DNA of 64,000 nt from Podarcis pityusensis (lineage: Eukaryota), in assembly GCA_964106645.2 (NCBI GenBank), contig OZ067039.1; one strand, given 5' to 3'. Position numbers and translations under genes: made by a program. A model generated the notes under the pieces. The model made no database searches, had not been told where the DNA came from, and saw nothing but the letters and a program-made list of their open reading frames with translations. Shown here one piece after another: positions 13,546 to 23,663 of this stretch (its first letter is position 1; every line of letters begins with the position of its first letter).

Positions 13546-14349
13546 GATGTATGGATCTTCTGCCTCTATTTTCTTCTTCTTATTATTAGAGTGTCCTGTG
13601 CCTTTTGGATTCCTGTAATGAGCACCACATTATGTTTGATCGGCTATCTTTATCTCATGCTTCATCTTGTGTAAGAATTATGAACCTCTAAGCTGTTAAG
13701 AGCTTTTAGAATGAGTACTGCAGTCAGTAACAAACTGACTTGCATTAATGCTGATTGTAGCAATAGTTGAATCTTTCTATGAATGTGTGTGATTTTTAGG
13801 TGTTGTTTGACCTGGTCAAAACCCTGTAGAATATACTTCAAGATGTAATGCTGAATCACCTAATAATCAACCAGTGCAAAATAGCAGGGAACTAGCAGTT
13901 TCTGATGCAGGATGCTATCACTTGGAAGTTTCATAGGCAGAACCATTTTTGTCAAACTATATGACTCCTTTTCCAGAGAGTTTAACACACATTCCCCTGT
14001 TCCTTCTCGCTTTTTAGATGGGGAGGAGAGTGCATTTCCCAGGTAAATTATTTCTGAGGTTTTCCCCCCCCCTTCATTTAGCCTTGAACAGCTTCAGTTT
14101 TTATTTCATTTTTTAATATAGCATGTAAGTTGCTGCAGGTGAACAAAAATTCCTAAGATTTCTCTTGCCACTGCGCACAACATAGATAAAATCACAGGAC
14201 AAAACTGGGGGATCTTCTTGTCATTGTAATGCATTGGTTCACAAAAAGTGTGTTATGAGAGGAATGAGCCTTGTGTGAAAAGCCAGTTCCCCCTTGAGGG
14301 AGTATCCATTGACTATAAATAGCTTGTGATTTGGTTTGACTTAGTTTAC

Positions 14350-14363
14350 GCACCAGATGGCGC
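14350..14363 (+). promoter_or_regulatory. CTCF motif (forward)
   Basis: GCACCAGATGGCGC vs consensus CCASYAGRKGGCRS; CpG retained. Confidence 0.6.
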
Positions 14364-14729
14364 CAAGCTCACTGGAAAGCACGAAGTCAATATTCTGTTA
14401 ATTTCTTAAGATGAGAAGGTAACTTCCACCACTGATTTTTTTTAATACATGTAGGTAAACACATGTTTATCTTGTAGCGTTGATTCCCCAACCCACATAT
14501 CTTCATACCATGCAATTAAGCAATCACTTTTAAGTGTCAGCCTCATTCATGTACACTAACTCTTCTTCACACAGTATCTGCATTTGCCCTACAATGAGAA
14601 TTACAGCAGTAGCCACTGAGTTAACATGATAATAGCTACAAGACTCTGCATAGTGAAGTTCTCTCGGGGTTAAAACTGTCTAGCAATGTGAAAGGGCTCA
14701 CAAATAATCTGACTGCCAAATACCTAAGC

Positions 14730-14844
14730 CAGGGATGAGGATCCTGTGGCAGCACTCCCAAAAGTTGAATTCTAACTCCATGATTGGGGATTGTAGGAGT
14801 TGTAGTCAAGCAATATTTGCAGGACTGCAGGTTTCTCATCCCTG
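14730..14844. mobile_element. hAT-type MITE
   Basis: TIR CAGGGATGAG...CTCATCCCTG; imperfect 8-bp TSD acctaagc/acctaaag. Confidence 0.65.
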
Positions 14845-16836
14845 ACCTAAAGCTTAAAATTTAAAAGTGACTTCTGCCTTAAGAACCTTGTTTAGGGAGA
14901 TACCCTTCTTGCCATCTCTGTGTGGCCTTGTAAGTGAATGTGTCCATCATTTGAATTGTAAGGCTAAATTGAAATATTTGTCCAGTTTATAGAGGATCTT
15001 AATATCTTAAGTTTCCATTCATGTACCACTTCCATTGAATGACATTTATGAGATAAGGAGCTTGAAAGCAAGGCACTATTTAGCTTTTAAGGTAAGGAAA
15101 GGGTACCCTGGGCTGCGTTACAAGATAGGCAACTCTTAAATGCACAGCTGTCCATCTCTGCTTCCTTACCGTTTGCTTTGCCATAAGGGTACTTTAGTTT
15201 TTGTAGCTTCTTTACTCTTTCGGTGCCTGAGGTACAGTGCTCTTATAGTTCTGAATTATCACAGTGCTAATTAGTATGATGCTGTTGCCAGAATGAGGAA
15301 GATATGATGGCCTGATTTGACTCAAGCTAGTCTTGAAGTGTCAGCTCCCATCTGCCCTATATCATTCTGGCTCTGAAGTCTTTGTTGATTGACTATAATT
15401 ACAGCATATTGGTTACTCATGGAACACCGATTTTGTGCCAGAGAATTATCAAGCATAAGCTTCAGGCATCCTAAACTATGAAAGTGCCCCTCAAAGGGAC
15501 AGGTGTAGTCATGGTATTTGAACCACCTGATGTCTCTAATTTGTTTAACTCGAGCCAATTCTATAGCTGTTGACATTTAATAGTGGGAGGAGTTAGAAGC
15601 CGGAGTCTTAAAAACTGAGGGAACAGAATGAAGCAAATCTGGTTCTCATGCTCTTGCAGGTAATCGAGGAAACTGCTCCTACTACTAGTTAACCCCCCTG
15701 ACTTTGTACCTCTCTGGATTTTAGGCTCGGGTTTACTTACAAATGCAAATATTTTTAATCAAGGCACTTGGTGGGCTATCACTAACACTATTTCATGCCT
15801 TTAGAAGCATGTCTAAAGCAGTGATTCCCAAATTGGTTTGGAGCACACTAGGGTGTGCCACTGAAGAACCACAATGTGTCTTGAAGACATTCTGTTGGAG
15901 GCAAACACTCCTGCATTTCTTTTAGAGTGCAGTGGCCTTGGACATCACTCATTCCCTAGCCTGCTCCAGGATAACACCCAAAAGGAGTAAGGATGTTGCT
16001 GCAGCCCAAACTACAGGTCTTTGCACAAAGGTTATCTGAGTACCTGCTTGGCCTAGATCTGACAACCTTGGGCAGAAAATACAAGAGAACTTTTAACTGC
16101 TTGCCAGTGCTCAGGAAAAGCATATTAATCTTCTGGAAGTCACTATATAATTCAAAATGCTGCTTCGGATTTCCTGCAATTTAGCACATCCCCTTTAACT
16201 TCTGGCTACCTCTTTAGAAATAGAGCATCGGAAATAACCAGATTATTCAACAAGGCTTTCAGTCCTTTCTGTAGAAATCTGAATGAGGGGTTGAGCTGAA
16301 GTAGAATACTTTGGATACATTATTAAGACCTGTTCCCTTTATATGATTCCTCTCCAGATAACTTGCTCACGTGCCCACCGTAAGCCAAAAGAGCAAGCCA
16401 TGAAACAGGGTGAGGCAAATGTGATGTGTGTCCAAGCTACAAAAGGAAGTTTGTAGCCACTTGCAAAACAAGTTCCCTTGCGGGTGTGTTCTGACCCAAA
16501 CATGAATTTCACTGTGGAGTAGGAAGAATGGCAGATATAACTCAACACTGCCCAGGAACATGAGATGGGAAAGGAAGGGCAGTGACTGAAGTTGAATGTA
16601 GAATCGGGCATTTGTGATTGTTACAAGAGCTGTGGGCAACTTGGTGACTCTGCTCCTATTTATCCTTTGTTTTCAGTGTATTAAGATTCTCCACCCCAAA
16701 GTAGGACTTTGTCCTGTTTTGAACTTGCTTTTCCCAAGTCAAATCTCAGTAGCAGGTTATTTTCTTTTAACTTATCTCTGTAATGTCTCCCTGCCGCAAG
16801 TCCACATGCATCAGGCATTCTGGTTGTAGGCTCCTC

Positions 16837-17430
16837 TTAAAAGCCGACGGGCCTTGTTTTCATCTCTGCTTTCTTGAAGGAGTACTTCTGATTGGTCCTT
16901 TTGTCAACCAGAATGTACCATGTTCCCCAGTAGATGCCGCTGGTCACCCCCGTGTAGCGTCCGTGGTGGTACTTCCCATTGAGGTTGGCTGCCAGGCAGG
17001 AGTCGAACCACCAGCCGGCCCCATAGTACGCACCGCAGTTGCCCATGGGGTAGTTGTCGTTGTCGCTGTCCCAAGTTGTGAAGCACTTGTGATCGTGGTT
17101 GTAGTTGCGGCTGTAGCTCAGGGCATTGCCTGCACTGCCTTGATACTCCCGGGCTGTCAGGCGATACTTGTGGGCCTCGCTGGCCACTTTGAATTTGCGG
17201 TAAACAGCATGGCGCTTGACGCCATGCCAGTCCTCCAACTCTATGCGCACAACATGCTGGCCCAGGCGGGTTAAGCTGTGGAGGTGCTCATTTCCCAGCC
17301 AGTGCTCCCCTTGCAGGCTCCCAAATCCCTGCCTGTACTCCTGCCAAGTGCGGTTGAAATCCACAGAGCCATCCTGCCGGCGCTGGAACACGGTCCACCC
17401 GCCACCATCCGTGACCATGTCGCAGTAAGC
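16837..17430 (-). CDS. FGL2-like gene, last exon: fibrinogen C-terminal (FReD) domain
   Basis: attgccag|GCT TAC TGC; AYCDMVTDGGGWTVFQRRQDGSVDFNRTW...YNHDHKCFTTWDSDNDNYPMGNCGAYYGAGWWFDSCLAANLNGKY...GIYWGTW...KTRPVGF*; the NHD..FTT.D.DND.YP.GNCG.YY..GWWFD.CL.ANLNGKY signature matches recalled FGL2 sequence. Confidence 0.95.
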   Translation of the reverse strand, partial: AYCDMVTDGGGWTVFQRRQDGSVDFNRTWQEYRQGFGSLQGEHWLGNEHLHSLTRLGQHVVRIELEDWHGVKRHAVYRKFKVASEAHKYRLTAREYQGSAGNALSYSRNYNHDHKCFTTWDSDNDNYPMGNCGAYYGAGWWFDSCLAANLNGKYHHGRYTGVTSGIYWGTWYILVDKRTNQKYSFKKAEMKTRPVGF

Positions 17431-18099
17431 CTGGCAATACACAAGACGAAGGTTAATCGGCAGAAGCACTGGAGCACCTGAAAAAGAGCCCTTGCTCCAG
17501 CCCACGGAATCAGGCTGTGACATCATGCTCTCCTAGGAAATTTTCCACTCTGCAGGCAACATCAAGTGCTTAAACAGGTTTAATGGCCTTTGGCTGCTCT
17601 AAGGAACTATTTTCATCAGTGGGGAACAGGGCTAAGGAGCTCCAGAAGTGAATTCTCATTACTCTCACTAAATAACATTTGAAAACCATTCAGATATGAT
17701 TAATGGTAAGTGGCAGAAACTCACCGCCTGCCTGTTCATGCGCCATTTTGGAAATTTTATTTTCAGCAGTTTAGATTTACTTATTTTTGATTCTGTGGTG
17801 TCTGTTCTGTGCAGCATTAGTGCAGGAGTGTCCCATCTGGGCATGTATTTATTTTACTAATTAATCAACTGAGTAGTGGATGTTCCCGTTTTAAGAACCA
17901 CACACTTAGCATTAGGTTTTTGAATTTTCACTGGCTGCACATAATCTTTCTTGCCATGGGGAACATATCTAACCAGGTTTTTTTTTCTTGATAGGGGACT
18001 TTGCAAAGTCCAAGTCTAAAAGGAACTTGGGGACACACTTTGCTCATGGGGAGAGAGGGCCATAAATGCAATGTTAAAAAGGATAATTCTCACCTACTA

Positions 18100-18325
18100 C
18101 AGTGGTACATTGGTTCTCGAATGTCTCCGTTGACAAATGCCGAAAACCCCCGAAGTAAATGCTTCCATTTTCAAATGTGCCTCGGAAGTCAAATGGCTTC
18201 CGCTGTGTGTTTTTCAATTTTCTCAATTGAATTGAGGCTTCTGTATTGAGTTTTTAGTTCTTGAACATTTTGGAACTTGAACGGTCTTCCAGAACGGATT
18301 ACGTTCGAGAACCGAGGTCCCACTG
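18100..18325. mobile_element. Tc1/mariner-type MITE in the FGL2-like last intron
   Basis: TA|CAGTGG..ggttctcgaa ... ttcgagaacc..CCACTG|TA. Confidence 0.8.
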
Positions 18326-18755
18326 TACCACCCTTTCAATATATTTTGATGAGCAGGTGTATGAAGGTTCTAATCTGCATCAATGATGGCAAGGCAGGAT
18401 ATTTACTCCAGATTCATTAATGCAAAGTAAAAGCTGTATGATCTTAACAAGGGAAGCAATCTACAGTGAGTGAGTGGGACTTACTTCTGAGTAAGAATAC
18501 ACAGGATTGCATAGCAGATTATCATTCACAATAGCAATGCAGAGGAGGATGAATAGAGAATGCCCACTTTAGGAGCAAACCAGTGCAAAGTTTATGTATG
18601 GATACAACTTTTACATGCAGTAACACAAACCAGTGGAGCAAGGAGCTGAATGCATATTGCAATTGTGCTACCTTTGGCCGAACAGAGACCCAGTTGGCTG
18701 CATGCATATCTTATTTACTCCATTAGATAAGACACCTCAAACCTACCTACCTTAC

Positions 18756-18877
18756 CTCAAAGTGTTGACGGAGGGGAATGGGTTGGATGGTGTATATCCC
18801 ATTGTCTCGGATGCCCTGTTTATGGATCTCTGCACAATCCCGAGGATACGTGTGCTCAGATTTTTCAGAGGGTTCCA
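18756..18877 (-). CDS. FGL2-like gene, exon 3 (start of fibrinogen domain)
   Basis: tactttcag|TG GAA...TTT GAG|gtaagg; (V)EPSEKSEHTYPRDCAEIHKQGIRDNGIYTIQPIPLRQHFE with the classic PRDC...GIYTI motif; phase 1->0. Confidence 0.92.
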
Positions 18878-20192
18878 CTGAAAGTACATGGGAACATAGA
18901 AAGCTGACTTAGACTGAATTGGACCATAGGTCCATCTGGAAGGCACAGAAAGATGTAATAAACCACAGGGTCCTGGCAATGGAAACAACAGGTCCTGGAC
19001 ATATGACCTGTCTTGCAGGGATCTTTCTGTGATATGGCACCTAGAAACTGTTACACTTATGCTAAAAAGGGGACAAAGAGTATCCTGCAATATGAAGGCA
19101 GGGGCAAGACATACATACTTCTATGAGAGTAGACTTAGATGTTTGGTTGGAAAGCAGAATTGCACCTCCAGAGCAATCTTGGGGCACTGCTGCCTGCTTC
19201 AACATGCTATTGGATATGGCAATCAAGGGAGGTCTCCCCAAAGAGTTAAGAAATTATCATGTTGTTCTGGCCAATGTGTATTGGGCTTCACACACTCAGA
19301 CTGCCTTCAAACATAATGTACAATAGGTGGGTCCTAGGCAGAGGTGGGGAGTTGCATTTGCACACCTGGAGATCCATGTGTGTAAGGCATCATTTTCCTC
19401 CTGTGACTTGACCAATTTGAAGTGCGAAGCCATTTCCTGGCTTCCCCCAAAGCCCATATTTTCTCCTCCTTGTTTTGGCTTCATTTTAAATTGTAACCTT
19501 CTGCACTAAAGCACCATGTATATTGATGGTGTTATATAAAAAATGTGTCATCTTAAGGAATGAGAGACATTGTATATTTAATTAATCTTCAGCTGTTGTG
19601 GTCTAGCATAATTTAATTTGGGTTGCAAGTTGTTTATGTTTATGCTGCCTCTGTTGCAAAGAATATATATATATATATAATCTGTCTTTGTTGTTAAATA
19701 TTAAAAATTAATTATTATATATTTTATTTGTTTGTAAGCCGCTCAGGGAATGTTTATTGAGTGGCTATATAAATACTAAAGGCACTGGAAGCGGTGAGGA
19801 ATATCCAAAGGCTCTTTTGCTGGGTGCAAGTGAGGGCATCCCTTTGCCTTTTTTTTCTTTGAAAAGGTCAGTTTATTTTTTAAAATTGTATTTCTCTCTC
19901 AATAAATGGGATCAATTTACACCAGTTCTTGGGCTGGAGTAAATTTATTCAAAGTTTTGGCGTGCATCTAGGGTACCAAGAAGGATTCAAATCTTTCAGA
20001 CCTAAGCCTTGCTGTCACACTCCTTTGGGGTACACACTGCTCTGACACACACCCTTTGTGGCCTTACTGATGATGGAGTCCCAACACCATCAGGGACACA
20101 AGATTATGGACCATGATGGAGAGAGGGGACCTGGTCTCCCTCTCAGGTTTCATACGATTGTAGTCTAAGTTACATAATAGATTTATACTAAC

Positions 20193-20237
20193 CTGTAAGT
20201 GCTGGTGTCTCCTCAATCTTGTGCTCTTTCCCTATAT
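20193..20237 (-). CDS. FGL2-like gene, 45-nt micro-exon 2 (linker)
   Basis: tatctcccag|ATATAGGG...CTTACAG|gttagt; phase 1-1, open: (D)IGKEHKIEETPALT. Confidence 0.6.
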
Positions 20238-21921
20238 CTGGGAGATAATTTGGAGTCTGTGAGTGAGATTGCTGCAAAGCTCTTGAGAAAAGCCACTGCC
20301 CACTCTATTCTCAATAGTCTGTGACTGAGCTAGTTCAATGCAGTGTTATTATACAGATTTGCTAAGTGTTTGGATAACTTCCCCCAGGCATTAAGGGGGC
20401 TTCGACACAAGGGGGCTCTACATTCCAAGTGGAACATTCAGGTCCATTTTTTTCTTGTGAGTGTCATTGGCGCATGGCCCCCTGCAACACACACCATTCT
20501 TGTTTTTGTTTCTCTTAGGGTGCCTTGGGACTCCCATTATTTTGTGGGATGGATTCAAGCACATACCAGAACCTGAGGTTTGCACAGTTAAGGTGAACTA
20601 AAGGGCTCTGTCACCTTAGGGCAACAAATCTGCTTTTTTTAAAAAAAGAACCAGACTTATAGCAGTTTGAAAAGTGGCAGGGAAGTGCATTGAAAAATAT
20701 GGGATGAACAAACACCTAACAGGAAACACCCCACAAACAAATCAAGATGAATGCAGGCCCAGTGCTCACAAATGTCATCGATAACCACCCCACAAACCAT
20801 GCTCAATAAAGACCTGGATATGAGACAGGGATGGGGAACCTGTGGCTTTCTTGGATTCCAACTTCCATCAGCCCCAGCCACCTTGGCCAATGCCCAGGAA
20901 TGGTGAGAGTTAAAGTCCAATAACACCTGGAGGCCTACAGTAGTTTAAAGTGGGAAACACTGAAAAACACGTTCCTGCATTTCACATCTGAGGACCCAAA
21001 TGTAAGCCCTAGGCATCTAAGGCTGGGAAGTGGATATTTTCTGTCATCAGCAGCCTTCCCTAAGATTTCACCAGCTCTCCTCCCCTGCCACTAGATAGAT
21101 CCAGGAGCCACAGAGTTCCCTGTGTGCAGGCGACGAGATGCCCTGATTTCACAGCATCTGGTGCTACCACTAGCTCTGCCTTTTTGACTCTGCTTCTGGC
21201 AGCAAAATAACTTGGGCAGGCATTGTGCCGTCTGCTCCCATAACAGCGTCTTTGCATCACTGTCCCTCTTGTTCTTCTCTTGCTCTGGTATAATCAGGGA
21301 GGATGTGGAGTGGGAGAGGGCACTATCTGAAGGAAATGATGAACAGGGGGGGGATTGTGTCCAACAGAAAGAATTGCATCATCGGTCAGCCTGATAGCCA
21401 TAAATGTCAGCCGCAAACTCTTCAAACATATTGCTCATCAATATGCTCATCCATCTGTCCGGAAATTCCTGGCGGAACACGGACTGTTGAGATGTCAGAC
21501 ATCAAAAGAGAAAACGAGTGGAACATCTCAAGCAGAAGAAGTGGGGAGGGGGAAGGAAATAATGAAAAATGGTGGAGGAAAAAGCCAGGCAGAGGCGGAA
21601 TGAGGACTCTGAGGGTTTGAAGGCTTTGCCTGTCCTCATTGAACCAAAGTGGGAGACAAGACACATTCACAGGACCACTTGAGTGCATGGTGACTTTGAT
21701 TCAGCAGTGTGGAGCTGGTTAGGTGACTGCTTTGGTGCAAAGCAAGCACTGGAATTTTCTCCATGGTTTATTCTGGCCAGGATGTAGGTTCATGACAATG
21801 CCAAGCTCAGCTCACTTGGTATGTGTGCTAAGTTGACCTTGTGAGACTTCAGCATGGGCTTAAATAGGAATATGACCAAGGGTGGAACAAAGGAGCCACA
21901 GGAAAACACCCTGGAAGCAAA

Positions 21922-22218
21922 ATAAATTAAAACAATTCTTTTAAAAGATAGTTAAAAAGACTCTTCTTAAAAGCCTAAAAACTCCCTTAAAAGAATCAAA
22001 TCTTCAAAAAAGTTATATGATCTAAGAAAGTCTTTAAAAGAATCCTTCCGAAAGAATTAAAAACTTACAATGTAGCACCTTAGAGACCAACTGAGCAGTT
22101 TTAGGTATAAGCTTTCTTGTGTGTGCATGCTTTTTAAGAAGAGCCTTTTTAACTATCTTTTAAAATAATTGTTTTAATTTATTTTGACTATGGCAGACCA
22201 ACGCGGCTACCTCCTTGA
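21922..22218. mobile_element. Penelope-like element fragment with inverted arms and 14-bp TSD
   Basis: accctggaagcaaa at 21908-21921 and 22219-22232; contains gtagcaccttagagaccaac and gcagaccaacgcggctacc, recalled as squamate Penelope terminal motifs. Confidence 0.65.
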
Positions 22219-22531
22219 ACCCTGGAAGCAAATCAAGATGAAGAATAAATGTTCATTGTCATAATAACCGCCTCATAAACAGAATGAGCATTCAGAATGA
22301 ATGCTCAGTAAAGACCCGACATGGTCCAGCCACATCATAAGATTTGCGCAAGGAACCCTGTCTCTTTTTGCCTACCTGAACTCCAGGTGCAGCATGACCA
22401 AAGCAAGGCAAGAGGACTGCCTTGGCGGGGCATGGCCTCCTTCCCTCCCTGCTCAGCACTCCAAGCTCTGTGTAGGGGGCTGTATCCCAGCAGACTGCTG
22501 TGAACTATTTACAAGGCTTTATTTAGAACTT

Positions 22532-22671
22532 CATAGAATTGTAGAGTTGGAAGGGACCACGAGGATCATCTAGTCCAACCCTCTGAAATGCAGGAATCTT
22601 TTGTCCAATGTGGTGCTCGAACCCACAACCCTGAGATTAGGAGTCTTGTGCTCTACTGACTGAGCTATCCC
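22532..22671 (-). mobile_element. tRNA-Lys-head SINE with CR1-like tail (same family as 6457)
   Basis: Reverse complement: ggatagctcagtcagtagagcacaagactcctaatctcagggttgtgggttcgag...gggttggactagatgatcctcgtggtcccttccaactctacaattctatga. Confidence 0.8.
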
Positions 22672-22689
22672 TCTTTTCTCCCAACGAAA

Positions 22690-22925
22690 AATAGTAAAAA
22701 CACAATACAACATCACACACTAAAAACTTCCCTGAACAGGGCTGCCTTCAGATGTCTGTTAAAAATCACACAGCTGATTATGTTTTTGACATCTGCTGGG
22801 AGGGCATTCCACAGGGTGGGCACCACTACCGAAAAGGCCCTCTGCCTGGTTCCCTGTAACCTCACCTCTCACAACGAGGGAACTACCAGAAGGCCCTCGG
22901 AGCTGGATCTCAGTGTCAGGGTGGG
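22690..22925 (-). mobile_element. L2 LINE 3' fragment
   Basis: Encodes RAFSVVVPTLWNALP-type L2 C-terminus on the - strand; same family as 24420, 51025, 52385. Confidence 0.75.
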
Positions 22926-23128
22926 ACTATGGGAATACATAGGATTCCCAGGAGATCTCCCCTCCAGGCACTTGCCAGACAGATCTGCTTAGCTTCAGCA
23001 AGGCTGCTGCACCATGAACCTTCGGATCACACCCCAGCCCAACCTGGACTGTTTGTGAAGAGAGAGAAGAATCTCACTCTTCACAGTCAGGCAGAATGGG
23101 AAGTGGATAACCCCCCCGCTGTACTCAC

Positions 23129-23663
23129 CAAGAATGGATGCCTTCAGGACTGATTCGCTGCAAGGCAGCTTGCAGCCAGAGAGGATCCCCAGCAGCAGGG
23201 CCACCAAGGAGCTGAGCTGCTCCTCTAAGCGGTGCAGATTAAGCCGGCTCTCCTCCTGCAACTTCTGTAGGCCCGATGCCATGGAAACCACTCTGGTTTC
23301 CACCAAGCTGAGTCGGTCCATCAGGGTCCTGGTCCTGGAAGAGCTTTGTTTGTTGAGCTCTCCAGTGTGCTTCAGGATCTGCTTGAACTCCATCCGCTGC
23401 TCGCCAGCAGGGACATCCTGCACCTCCTCAGGTACTGCTGGCTCCTCAGGCCCCAGGACGTGGAGCTTGCAGCTCCCCAACCCATCACAGCCACCTTCCG
23501 GAGAAGGGAGAGGCATGGCCACCAGGGACCCTGCGCATGCTGGGTTGTCATCTCTTTGGCTGCACTCGGGGCTGTCTGAGTTCAGGCTTCCTGACTCTCG
23601 CAGAACCATAAAGAGGAAGCCAAGGCAACAAAAGCACTTGCTGAAGCGGGGGAAGAGTTTCAT
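23129..23663 (-). CDS. Fibroleukin (FGL2)-like gene, exon 1: signal peptide, Cys motif, coiled coil
   Basis: ATG in gaaaATG context; MKLFPRFSKCFCCLGFLFMVL signal-like; GGCDGLGSCKLHVLGP resembles FGL2 GKCEEAGECPYQVSLP; heptad-rich LMDRLSLVETRV...LEEQLSSL; donor CTTG|gtgagt, phase 1. Confidence 0.85.

Noticed and set aside
16783-17274. 163-aa + strand ORF (likewise 23134-23676 +)
   Set aside because: Antisense shadows of the FGL2-like coding exons.
17431-17526. ORF-track N-terminus MMSQPDSVGW... making the FReD a single-exon gene
   Set aside because: Intronic; the acceptor at 17431 and upstream exon 18756-18877 supply the missing start of the domain.
16837-23663. Assigning the symbol FGL2, FGL1 or ANGPTL
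   Set aside because: Motifs are closest to FGL2, but locus and exon count differ; orthology cannot be shown without a phylogeny.
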